A DNA stretch of 64,000 nt from an uncultured Verrucomicrobiae bacterium (GTDB taxonomy: Bacteria > Verrucomicrobiota > Verrucomicrobiia > Limisphaerales > Palsa-1400). The position numbers and the translations under genes are program-made. Position 1 is the stretch's first letter. Every line of letters begins with the position of its first letter. The stretch covers positions 320,001 to 384,000 of the forward strand of contig CAVXRD010000003.1 of the NCBI GenBank assembly GCA_963764165.1. Reading direction: 5' to 3'. Below, piece after piece: positions 49,284 to 60,000 of the stretch. The notes beneath the pieces are model-generated. The model did no database searches. It saw only the letters and a list, made by a program, of their open reading frames with translations, and was not told the DNA's origin.

Positions 49284-49435
49284 ATGGGTGTGCGGCAGAA
49301 TTCTTCACCAGCCCCGATCTGCTGGGCTAAGAGGAAAGGCCAGAGGCCTGGTTTATGAAGTTTTGGGGGAATTCCGCCTGCTTGCGGCAATGCAAAATCG
49401 GCGGCTAAAACTCGTTTCCTCAAATAGGGCGAGTT

Positions 49436-50329
49436 CTAGTTTTTTGAGCCGCTGGCGAGGAGCCGCTGCAACTGCCGCGCGTTCTTAATCGCATGCGCCT
49501 CGCGGTCGTTATTGAAATACGCCCATACGCGCCTTGCGCCGCTTTCTTTTATTCTTCTGGCCCACTCAGCAAGCTCCTCACGCGCATAATCATGCCGATA
49601 CCAGCGTTTGGATCCGTGAAAGCGGACATAAATGTCATCGGCGGTTTTGACAAGAGCGCTTGGAAGCCTGGGTGCGCTGCACGAACAGAAAATGGTGCCT
49701 GTTTTTCTGAAAGTGGCATAAACCTTTTTGTTCCACCAGCTTGGATCGCGAAATTCAACAACGTTCCGCCGTGAATGGTCCAATTGGCCGGCAATCAATT
49801 TGAGACGGGCCGGTGTATAATGAAAGCTCGGCGGAAGTTGGAAAAGAAAGCAGCCCAAATGCGAACCGAGAATCTCGGCAATATATCCGAAATCGCGTAT
49901 GAGCACCCTGGTTCCACGGAACTTTTTCACATGGGTGATGAGTTCGCATACTTTGACTGTGTAAACGAACTTTTTTCTTCCAATTTGTTTTATCCAGGAT
50001 TTGACAGTGGCCACTGTCGGCCAGGAATAAAATGGAGCGTTTAATTCCACTGTCTTAAATCGGCTTGCGTAATATTTGAACCATTGACTGACGGGCGCTT
50101 GGCTGGGATAAAAAGCGCCTCGCCAGTGCCAGTAAAACCAACCCGAACAGCCTACGTGGCATTGCCTCTTGGAAAAATCGCGCGCCGCAGATTCCACTCT
50201 CAGCCCGGAATATTCGGACGATATCCGCGCATGGTGCATCTTTGCGGCGCGGCCGGCATTTTGCTGCCGTTGCTTTTCCCGCCGGGCTTCCCGTTTTGCC
50301 CTCCACTCTGTCAGGGATTTATCTTTCAA
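49436..50329 (-). CDS. DUF72 domain-containing protein
   Basis: VGCSGWFY.HW.G.FYP, TVELNAPFY, LFQLPPSF, YVRFHG, AYFNND. Confidence 0.93.
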   Translation of the reverse strand: MKDKSLTEWRAKREARREKQRQQNAGRAAKMHHARISSEYSGLRVESAARDFSKRQCHVGCSGWFYWHWRGAFYPSQAPVSQWFKYYASRFKTVELNAPFYSWPTVATVKSWIKQIGRKKFVYTVKVCELITHVKKFRGTRVLIRDFGYIAEILGSHLGCFLFQLPPSFHYTPARLKLIAGQLDHSRRNVVEFRDPSWWNKKVYATFRKTGTIFCSCSAPRLPSALVKTADDIYVRFHGSKRWYRHDYAREELAEWARRIKESGARRVWAYFNNDREAHAIKNARQLQRLLASGSKN

Positions 50330-50850
50330 GGGTTCCCCAAGATGCCTGCCAAAGCCGCGCGCGGCGATGGGGCCTTTTCCCAGTTTTGACGCGGATACCT
50401 TTCATTTAGCCTACGGTGATGGCCCTATTGGCATTCCGACTGGGTTGAGGACAAGGTGTGCTAATGCCACGCGTCTCAAAATAATCATGACAAGCGCGCC
50501 GCCATAAACCCATTATGTCCAAACACGCTATTATCGGCCTTGATATTGGGGGAACCAAAACTTTTGCGGTGCTCTTCGATGACAAATTCGCGGTGGTCGA
50601 CAAGCGCCGGTTTAAAACTGAGCCAGGCAGCGGCGACCGGGTTTTTGAGAGACGGCTCTCGCGGGCAATCGCGGAATTGGTGGAAACAGCGGCGGCGCGG
50701 AAAATGCGGGTCGGCGCCGCGGGAATTGGCTGCTCTGGCAGCGTTGATTTTGATTCGACCGAATTGCAGATTTCCCCTCACATCCCGTTCCTCAAAAATT
50801 TCAATCTGGCTCAAAAAATGCAGAAGTGGACTAGGGCCTGTTAACACTAA

Positions 50851-50879
50851 TTGACATTTTATAGGCGACAAGGCAAAAT
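50851..50879 (+). promoter_or_regulatory. Sigma70-type promoter for the transposase
   Basis: TTGACA-17 nt-CAAAAT directly inside the left TIR, ending 6 nt before the GTG start. Confidence 0.6.
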
Positions 50880-50885
50880 GGCTGG

Positions 50886-51643
50886 GTGGAGCTTACAGAG
50901 AGTCAATATCAGCGGGTTGCTGATTGTCTGCCGCGGCAGCGCGGCAACGTGAGCATGACCAATCTGCAACTTCTCAACGCCCTGCTCTATGTGGTGGAGC
51001 ATGGGTGCAAATGGCGCGGCCTGCCAAAACATTTTGGCAACTGGCATACGATCTACACCCGCATGAACCGCTGGAGCAAAGCGGGCGTGCTGGATCGAGT
51101 CTTCGCCCGGCTCCAGCAGGAGCAAATCCTGGCGATCCGGATCGAGCAAGTCTGCTTGGACAGCACGACGATCAAGGTTCACCCCGACGGCACCGGGGCG
51201 CTAAAAAAAACGGCCCACAGGCCATCGGGCGCTCCCGAGGCGGTTGCACCACCAAAATTCATCTGGTTGCCGCGAATGCCCAGTGCGCCTTAATGCTCAA
51301 GCTTTCCCCCGGCCAGGCGGGGGACGCGCCGCAAGGACGCGAGCTTTTGCAGGCGGGCGGGCCGGTTCCGGCAGGGCTTCCACTCATCATGGACAGCGCC
51401 TATGAAGGGGACGAGACTCTGCAACAGGCGCGGGAATTGGGCTACGCTCCAGTGGTTCCTCCTAACCCCCGACGCTTAAATCCGTGGGAGTATGACCAAA
51501 CCCTTTACCGACGCCGCAATGAGATTGAACGGCTTTTTCGCCGACTCAAAAGCTACCGCCGAGTCTTCAGTCGCTTCGACAAATTGGATGCGTTGTACTC
51601 CGGATTCGTCGTCCTCGCGCTCATCGTGGAGGCGTTACGTTAG
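50886..51643 (+). CDS. IS5-family transposase in two ORFs joined by a probable programmed -1 frameshift
   Basis: OrfA has GCKWRGLP..FGNW.TIY.R..RW and LDST; an A8 run at 51203-51210 leads into the -1 frame with GRSRGG.TTKIH, DSAYEG and YRRRNEIERLF. Confidence 0.93.
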
Positions 51644-52343
51644 TGTTAACAGGCCCTAAAAGCCCCATATCACTTGGGAACGATGTTCAAATGGGGCTCT
51701 ATGGCGAGCAGCAATTCGGCGCCGCGCGCAATTCCCGGCATGCCATCGGGGTCTTCATCGGAACCGGAATTGGAGGCGCTTTGATTTTGAACGGCGAACT
51801 GCACCGCGGCGCCAGCGGAATCGCGGGCGACATTGGACATTATCTCGTTCAGCCCCTCGGAACAATTGGAGGCCCCGAACGCCAAGGCGTGCTGGACAAT
51901 GTCTGCAGCCGGACTGCCATCGCGGCCGAAGCGGCGGTCTATGCCTCGCGGCAGTGGGCGCCTAACCTTTTGAAAATGGGCGGGACTGATCTTGCCATCC
52001 TGCGCAGCAAAACCCTCGCCCGCGCCATCAAGGCCGGCGACAAGCAAATTGAGCAGTTAGTCCTCAGCCGATCGCGCCTGCTGGGAATCGTGCTTTCCAA
52101 CCTTGTTGACTTTATCAATCCAGACTGTGTGTTGCTGGGGGGTGGGTTGGTCGAGGAAATGCCCGGCCTGGTATTGAAGGGCGTCGGCAAGGGCATCGAA
52201 GAATACTCTTCAGCGGCGGCATTTAAAAAATTGAAGATTGTGACCACCAAACTGAGAGAATATGCCGTCGCCACCGGCGCCGCGAAGATGGCCTGGGACA
52301 GCTTTATTGGAAAAAACAAAAGCAAGAATGGCGATAAATAATC

Positions 52344-53135
52344 ATGAAGGGGATTTTCGAGTATTGGACGGAGATTGCGGAGAAAATTCATGAGAGGAAA
52401 TCGGTTTTCCTGGCGCTGGATTACGATGGCGTCCTCGCTCCCATTGCGGCTCAACCGGATTTGGCCCTTCTGCCGCCAGAGAACCGCCAGCTTTTGGAAA
52501 AACTGGTCGACTGTTCCCAGGCACGGGTGGCGGTCATCAGCGGCCGTTCAGTAAGCGACGTGTGGAAACACATCGGCATCCCCGCCATTGTCTACGCCGG
52601 GAATCATGGATCCGAGATCGACCTCCACGGCGCGCGTGAGTTTCACGTGAACGAAGAACAATGTCCCCAGTTGGCGGAAGTGCGCGCGCAGCTTGAAGAG
52701 GTTTTCGCGGGTTTTCATGGCGTTCTGTTGGAAGACAAAGGATTTGGCGTGGGATTGCATTACCGCGAAGTCGAGCCACACAATCTGCCGGCTTTCAAGC
52801 AACGATTTGAAAATTGGTCAAAAAGCCTGCCCTCCTCTTTGGCAATCGTTCATGCGAAAATGATGTATGAAGTCCGCCCGAAAATGGCATGGAATAAAGG
52901 CGATGCTGTCAGGCATATCTGGCAGTCGGTGGCGCCGGCGGCCTTGCCCATCTGCTTAGGGGATGACCTAACCGATGAAGATGGCTTCCGCGCCTTATCA
53001 GGCAAAGGAATAAATATCTATGTGGGCGAAGAGCGGCAATCTTACGCGGAATACATCTTGCGTTCTCAAAGCGAGGTCATACCTTTTCTGAGACTACTAT
53101 TAGCGGAGTTGACGGGTGGCTCTGCCGCTTCCTGA
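52344..53135 (+). CDS. otsB: Trehalose-6-phosphate phosphatase (HAD IIB)
   Basis: LDYDGVLAPI, VISGR, AGNHG.E, LHYR, EVRP..NKG, GDDLTDED. Confidence 0.9.
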   Translation: MKGIFEYWTEIAEKIHERKSVFLALDYDGVLAPIAAQPDLALLPPENRQLLEKLVDCSQARVAVISGRSVSDVWKHIGIPAIVYAGNHGSEIDLHGAREFHVNEEQCPQLAEVRAQLEEVFAGFHGVLLEDKGFGVGLHYREVEPHNLPAFKQRFENWSKSLPSSLAIVHAKMMYEVRPKMAWNKGDAVRHIWQSVAPAALPICLGDDLTDEDGFRALSGKGINIYVGEERQSYAEYILRSQSEVIPFLRLLLAELTGGSAAS

Positions 53136-53230
53136 GGCGGGGTTTCCTAATTCCCTTGAGCCAATGGCTTGCCGAGTCGCTTGCAAGACAAGACTTGAAG
53201 GCTTTCCCGTTTTGGCGGAACATGGCGGTT

Positions 53231-53452
53231 ATGAACGCTGTAAGAGTGGATGAGGCGCACCGAATCGAAGTTTCCACGCTGCGCCCTGGGGACTATTACG
53301 AAACCGAAGTCTTGGGGGAGAACGAAGTCCTTCTTAGAAAGGTGGCATCACCGCGCCGAAAACCATCCTTTGCGGAGGCGATGGCTGCCATCGAAAGCAG
53401 CCATCTTCGTTTCACCAAGAGCTGGGATGAAATCAAAGAGGAGACCCGGTGA
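53231..53452 (+). CDS. Small AbrB-like antitoxin candidate
   Basis: VRVDEAHRI..LRPGD....LLRKV pattern; ends EIKEETR with a GTGA overlap onto a PIN-like start. Start could be 53222. Confidence 0.6.
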   Translation: MNAVRVDEAHRIEVSTLRPGDYYETEVLGENEVLLRKVASPRRKPSFAEAMAAIESSHLRFTKSWDEIKEETR

Positions 53453-53478
53453 TTCTAATTGACAGCGGCGTTATCATG
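53449..53478 (+). pseudogene. N-terminal stub of a VapC/PIN toxin
   Basis: GTG ATT CTA ATT GAC AGC GGC GTT ATC = MILIDSGVI, then the frame runs into the antisense of another gene remnant and stops after 29 codons. Confidence 0.55.
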
Positions 53479-53480
53479 AA

Positions 53481-53758
53481 TCATGGCCGCTTTATCGGCA
53501 AGTACTCGACTCGGCTGGCCATATCGGCCGGCTCATAAACCTTGGCAATCAATTCGAGATCAATGATGCGTTGGCCGATGGTGACTCGAAGTTGGTGTGC
53601 ATAGACAACTCCGGCAAATGGCTGCCGCTTCGATGAAATCGCTCCGCTTCCGCCAGCAGGTCATCGTCCTGTGTGAAAAGCACTCGGCCTAGCGCGGTGG
53701 CGCGTTCCAGCAAAACGTCATCAGGAAGCCGCGTGGCATCGTCGGCTAGGGCTGTCAT
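53481..53758 (-). pseudogene. DUF5615-type PIN-like toxin remnant, 5'-truncated and frameshifted
   Basis: LPDDVLLERATALGRVLFTQDDDLL in one frame continues in another frame as FAGVVYAHQLRVTIGQRIIDLELIAKVYEPADMASRVEYLP. The N-terminal catalytic strand is missing. Confidence 0.75.
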
Positions 53759-54069
53759 TACGGCCGCAGATTACTCCGAGTTCCCAGTGAAGACAACCTG
53801 TTTCACTGTATCCGCTCCCCAAACGCCAGCGCGACAGCACGGCTTTTCCTGATCACAAATTCATTACGCACATCGATCAATGAGCGTTCTTGGCCTCAGT
53901 GCGGCGAATGAGCCGCGGCGCCCGGTCCATGCGCCTTCCGACTTTTGACAATCCAAGAATCATTTCTCGACCAGAGAACCATCCGAAGCATTTCGCCCTT
54001 TTGGTGCCTCAGAATCGGGCGTTCATTAGCTTGCCATCCGCAGCTAGGCCAAAGATCGTTCCGCGCTCG

Positions 54070-57000
54070 TTATTGAGATTCTTGGTGCTTGGCCGCTGGC
54101 ACAACACGGTAGTAGCGCCGATCGAAATTCGTCGCGGCGGGATCGCTGAAATAGCGCACGCTTTGCGGCAGGCTATTGGTGCTTACGGACGACCAATCTG
54201 TCAAATTCGTGGTCGCCTGCAAAACGTAGGACCAGCCCGCCACTCCTGCGAATTCAATCGTGAATGCGCCATTGGCAAACTGCGCTCCCAGGATTTGGCC
54301 GTGTCCCAGCGTGATGCCTCCGCCAATGGTGGAGAAGCGCACTATATTCCCAATCGCGACGCCGTTGGTGTTCGTGGCCATCACGGAATAGAAATACTGC
54401 GCCCCCGGCTGCAATCCGGATAGCACGTTGCTGACAAAATACCCCCCATACTCGGCCGGCAATGTTGTTACTTCGTTGGTATTCCCGAAGTTAGTCGTCG
54501 TTCCCCACACGAAGCTCACTGTCGTCGGCGCGTTTCTCGGGAATACTTCGCCGTTAAATGTGGCAGATGTCGCTGTCACATTGCTCGCATACAACGTCGA
54601 CGCCGCTGGCCCGACAGGCGTGGTGAAATTGAATATGCTTCCCACTGCGGTCCCGTTGGTGTTGGTGGCAACTACAGAATAGAAATACACCGTCCCTGGC
54701 TCCAGGCCAGTCAGCACGTTGCTGATGTAATAACCGGAATACTCAGCGGGCAAGGTTGTCGCCAGGTTCGTATTTCCCAAGTTCGTCGTCGTGCCCCATG
54801 CAAAGCTAACCGCGGTTGCGGCGTTTCTCGGAAACACCTCGCCATTGAGCGCCGCGGAGGAAGGTGTCAGGGCGGTTGCATGCAGCGTATCTGCCACCGG
54901 CCCGACCGTCGTCGTAAAGTTAAATATGCTTCCCACCGCTGTCCCGTTGGTGTTGGAGGCAACGATGGAGTAAAAATAAATTATTCCGGGCTGCAATCCG
55001 GAAAGCACGTTGCTGATGGAATACCCGCCATATTCAGCAGGCAAAGCAACCACGAGATTCGTGTTGCCCAGGTTGGTCGTCGTGCCCCACGCAAAACTGA
55101 CCGTTGTTGGAGCGTTTCTCGGATACACCTCTCCATTAAGGGTCACCGATGTGCTTGCCAGCGCGGTCGGAAGGAGCGTCGAAGCGACTGGCGCAAAAGG
55201 CGTCGTGAAACTGAATATGCTTCCCACGGAAATGCCGTTCGCGTTGGAGGCCACCACCGAGTAGAAATACAATGTGCCAGGTTCCAGCCCGGATAGGGCG
55301 TTGCTGATGTCGTAGCCGCCATATTCAGCCGGCAAAGTTGCCACGAGGTTCGTCTGTCCCAAGCTGGTGGTCGTGCCCCATGCAAAGCTCACGGCCGTCG
55401 CGGCATTTCTCGGAAACACCTCGCAGTTTAGCATCGCCGACGAGGGCGTCAATGCGCTGACGAAGAGAGTATCTGCCACCGGGGCGACCGCCGTTGTAAA
55501 ATTGAATATGCTTCCCACTGCCCTCCCATTGGCGTTGGATGCTATCACCGTGTAGAAATACAAAGTCCCCGGTTCCAGTCCCGTCAGCACATTGCTTATA
55601 TCATAACCGCCATACTCGGCTGGCAGCGTTGCCACAAAATTGGTGTTGCCCAAATTGGTGGTTGTGCCCCAGGCAAAGCTGACAGCCGTCGGCGAATCCT
55701 TCGGGTAGACCAGGCTGTTAAGTGTCGCTGATGTCGGCGTCACTCCGCTTGCAAACAATGTCCCAGCCACCGGCGGGATGTTCATCGAAAACTCGGAAAT
55801 GCTTCCCCTCACCACTCCATCGGCGTTGGAAGCTACCACTGCATAGTAGTACGACGCTCCCTGTTGGAGGCCGCTTAGCTCAATGCTGAATGGCGACAAT
55901 GTTCCCGCATAGACATTTGTAGGCGCCGAATTCAATCCCAAGTTTGTCGTAGTTCCGTAGGAAATCCAGGCCAGCGAATCGAGTCCATTTGGATTGACCG
56001 TCGTGGTAACGGTCGCAGTTGTCAATCCAACGGTGACGACTGGCGCGACGGCGATGGTCGGCGCAATCGGGGTATTCAGCAGCAGCGAGTTGGTGGTGAA
56101 TTCGCCGTCTGGGAATGTGGAAAGCCGCACCTCGTCAATCAGCCCGTCAAAGAGATACCCTCCGACTGGAGCAGAACCTCCGCCGACTACGAAAGTGCCG
56201 GAGGGCGGATTGGGCGTGCAGTTGCATGAACCCGACGGAACTCCATTGACATAGATCGTGGAGGTGCCTGCGTTGCAAACAAGGGCCACATGAGTCCATT
56301 GGTTCAGCGCCGCATTCACGCCGTCGCTGAAGAACCACACGCCGCCATAAAGGCCATACCACTGCCTATTGATGAGACCAATTCCCCATCCATTCGCACC
56401 CGGATCGCCATAGTAAATAATCACCGGGTTGTTGTAGATATTTGTCATATAAACCCAGGCTTCCAGGCAGAAGTCGTTGGCTACCGGCGAGATGTTTTGG
56501 TTGGTCCCATAACTTTCTCCGCCGAGATTCAAACTGAGGGAACTGCCATCAAGCAGGGCGGCGACAGGCGAGACGTTGGTGGAATAAACCGCCGTTCCCG
56601 TGACCGACAGGTCATTGGTGCCAGCGCTGTCAAACATGGTAAAGCTGCTGCCGCCAGCCGTCGCGCCTGGATCGTTTTCGCCCATGCGATAATAATCCAG
56701 CACTGTGAGCGGCGCGCCAGCGTAGACTATGGGAGGGCCGGTGGCGACGATTTGCAAACCGCCGCTGTTGGTGAGAGTCAGCACCACATTGTAATTTCCG
56801 GGCGCCGAATAAACATGCGAAGGGCTTTGCTGCACGCTGCCGGTCCCATCGCCGAAATCCCACGTCCAACTCACGATTGCATTGCCGCCTGTATCTGCAG
56901 CCGGAGAAACGAATTGCACATTGACCGGGGCCACGCCGCTCACCGGATAAGCGGCGTACTGGACGCTTGGCGGAAGAACAGGCAAGGTCGCCAGGCCGGA

Positions 57001-60000
57001 ACAGATGATGAACTGGCCGAGGACGTTGGTAGCCCGCAGCGAAAGCGCGTAACTGCCTGCGTTGGTGTAGATGTGTGTGGGACTTTGCTGCGTGCTGAAA
57101 GAACCGTCGCCAAAACTCCAATTCCAGGAGGCAATGGCCACGGCACCCGAATCCGTGGCTGGCGCCGTGAACTGCACGAGAGCAGGTGTCACGCCGTTGG
57201 TTGGACTAACCGCATATTGAAGTGTCGGATAAACAAGATTGATGTTCGGCGGGCCAAAACCAACGACTAGCTCTCCAAGGCTGTTAGTAGCCAATAAGCT
57301 AGGCGCATACGAGCCGATGTTCGTGTACGTGTGAGTCGGATTTTGCAGCGTGCTGGTCGTGCCGTCGCCGAAGTTCCACTTCCAAGCCGCAATGGTTTGG
57401 TTGCTGCTGTCCACGCTTGGCGATTGGAAGCTCACCAATTGCGGCACGGTTCCATTGGTGGGAGTGGCTGTGAATTGCACCGTCGTAAATGGCCCAGAGG
57501 CCGCCGCGGAGACTTGGAATACCTGCGCATAAGAAAGCGGCCCATCGGTGACTTGCGCAGCGATGGCGTCGGTTCCGGCTACGCTTCCGGGAATCATTCG
57601 CAGAACGCCGGAGCCGCCATTGCCAGATGCGGAGAGGTTGGCATTCGGGATAATCGTCAGGTTGGACGAAAACACACTGAAGGTGGCGCTGCCGGACGCC
57701 GCATAAGAGAATGGCAGATACGTGAGATAAGGCAGCGTTTCGTCTGGAATTGTGCTGATGAAAGGCGCGCCGAGGGAATTGATTGCATTAGTTTCGACGC
57801 TTACCACCTCGGATGCCCCGCCATTTACGGAAACTTCGGCCACGTCCGTCACGCCGTCGGAATTGGTCATGGTGTTGCCGGTCATCGTCAGGCTGGCCTG
57901 CTCGACTGCTCCGGTTGGTCCGGATCCGGTTATTGTGGTAATAGCTTCCCCAAAATTGCATACGCCTGCGGCCTGATCGGCGACGTTATCCGCGAACGTA
58001 TTTGACACCAGCGTCAGGATGCCGTTGCGGTTGAATATGGCCCCGCCCACTGAGTTCGGTTCGTCGGTGACGGCATTGTCTTTAAACAAACAATTTACGA
58101 ATAGCGCCACGCCGCCGTCGTTGCAAACCGCGCCGCCCGCCGCCTTGCCGCCATAGCCCGTGACGGAATTGCCCTTGAACGTTACGTTGGAAATGCTGAT
58201 CTGGCCAAGATTGTAAATCGCACCGCCGAAGCCGGCGCCGGGCGTTCCCAGATTGTAGGAATCGCCACCAAGCAAGGTCAGGCCGGACAATTCGAGGAAG
58301 CCAGCTTGTTCGACGCGGAAGATGTGCATCGGCGGACCTTCGTAGCCCGGCGCCGGAATCGTAATGGTAAAGCCGGGCGCGGCGCTGCCGTCGATGTGAA
58401 CATGGCTCGTGATGTCGAACGCCCGATAATCTCCGCCGGTCGCTCCATATTGATTATAATTCAATGTCTGGCCAGCCAGGCTGGAGCTAATGGATATCGT
58501 CCAATTCGACGCTGAATCTCCGTAGCCCGCAAGTGTGGCGAGCGCCGCACTCAAAGTGCCCTCGCCTTGACTGTAAAGGCTGTTCACCGAAATTACGGCA
58601 GGGACCACTGTTATGCTCACCGCGCCAATCGTCGCACCTCCTAGATTATTGGTGACGACGTAAGTGAAATAATCGTTGGTAGCCGAGCCGCCGTCATTGA
58701 CATAGAGAATTTCGTTATTCGTCACGATCACGGAGCCGTTGGTTGGAGTTGAGGCCGACACAATCGACAGCGTTGCGCCACCGGGGTCGAAATCATTTGT
58801 CAACACGTCAAGGGTGGAGGACAGGCCGCCATAGACCGTGTATTGTTCCGGCGGAGCCACAGGGGTTAGAGGCGCCACATTATTCACCGAGATCTTGAAC
58901 TGCCGAGTAAACGAGATTCCGCCCAGCGCCGCTTGAATATCGAGCTTGTCGATGCCGTTGTGGCTGGGGGTGACCGTAAGCTGCCGAACTCCTCCTGTGC
59001 CGCCGAAGGTCAGGTTTGCCGAGGGAATAACATTGGTGTTCTCGGAGACGGCTGTTAATGCGACCGCGCCACTTCCCTGGCCAACGAAGATTGGAACTTC
59101 CGTTGTGCTATTGGCGGCAAAGTCGGCCTCCGCCCCAACCCACGGCAAGGCCGGGTTCTGGAACTGGCTGCCAATCGCGAGAGTGGACACGGTGCCGCTG
59201 TTGGTGGCGGTTGCCGACAAATCATCGTCGGATTCAGGATTGCTGAAGATCGAATTGGTCGTTTCCAGGCTGACAGCGGTTCCGTCGGCCCATTGATAAA
59301 CGCCGCCGCCGTGCAACGCATAGTTATTTGTTAGATAGACGTTAGTTAACGTTACGGAACCCAGATTGAAAATGGCGCCGCCCAGGGCGAAAGAATTGGT
59401 TTCTCCCTGCGCCTGACAATTTAGGATGGTGACATTCTGCAAATTGACGGTGCCCTCGTTATAAATCGCGCCACCATCGCCTTCGCCGTACGGAGAAGGC
59501 GCGGCAATGCCGCCGGTCAGCGTGAGATCCACTAGCGTCAGGCTTGCGCCCGGCATCACATGGAAGAAGCGCATCGGCGAAGCGTTGGTGTCCAATTGCA
59601 TGGTTGAGCCGTTGCCATAAATGGTTACGTTTTGCTGAATTTCGAAGGCGGACGGACCTTCCACCTGATCGTCGGCGGATGTAAGATCGATAATGAGGTT
59701 GGTGCTAAGAGCGATTTGTGTCCCGCCTGCGACGTAATTGCTGCCGCGGAAATCAATTTCCGCCCGCAAGCTGCCAGCGCCGCTATCCGCCCCGCTGGAA
59801 ATATCGGAATCATCCAAGTAGAAACCGCGGCTTACGTAAACGAGGCCGGTCACCGTGTTCACGCCGTCCGATACCTGATATGTGAAGCTATCGGTGGAAC
59901 TAAAGAATTCTTCGGCCGTGTAATAGATGTTTGTGCCGTCGGTAGCCGTGGTTCCGTATTGGGAAGCGCCAATGCTGACCACTGTCAAGGTCGATCCACT

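Larger units (their letters stand above)
50834..51656 (+). mobile_element. IS5-family insertion sequence (IS427-like subgroup), 823 bp
   Basis: Perfect 17-bp TIRs GGGCCTGTTAACACTAA at 50834-50850 and 51640-51656; TA duplication at 50832-33 and 51657-58. Confidence 0.95.
50515..52341 (+). pseudogene. ROK family sugar kinase interrupted by an IS5-family element
   Basis: IGLDIGGTKT before the IS; LGND, IGTGIGG, GDIGH after it. Removing the IS and one TA restores the frame ..KWTKSPISLGNDV.. Confidence 0.93.

Noticed and set aside
49141..49435. Guanidine riboswitch before the operon
   Set aside because: The two hairpins lack ACGR loops and I saw no ykkC-like consensus. An Infernal scan would be needed to exclude it fully.
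51643..52341. Stand-alone intact ROK gene
   Set aside because: It is the 3' half of the IS-split gene and lacks the N-terminal DIGGT ATP-binding motif.
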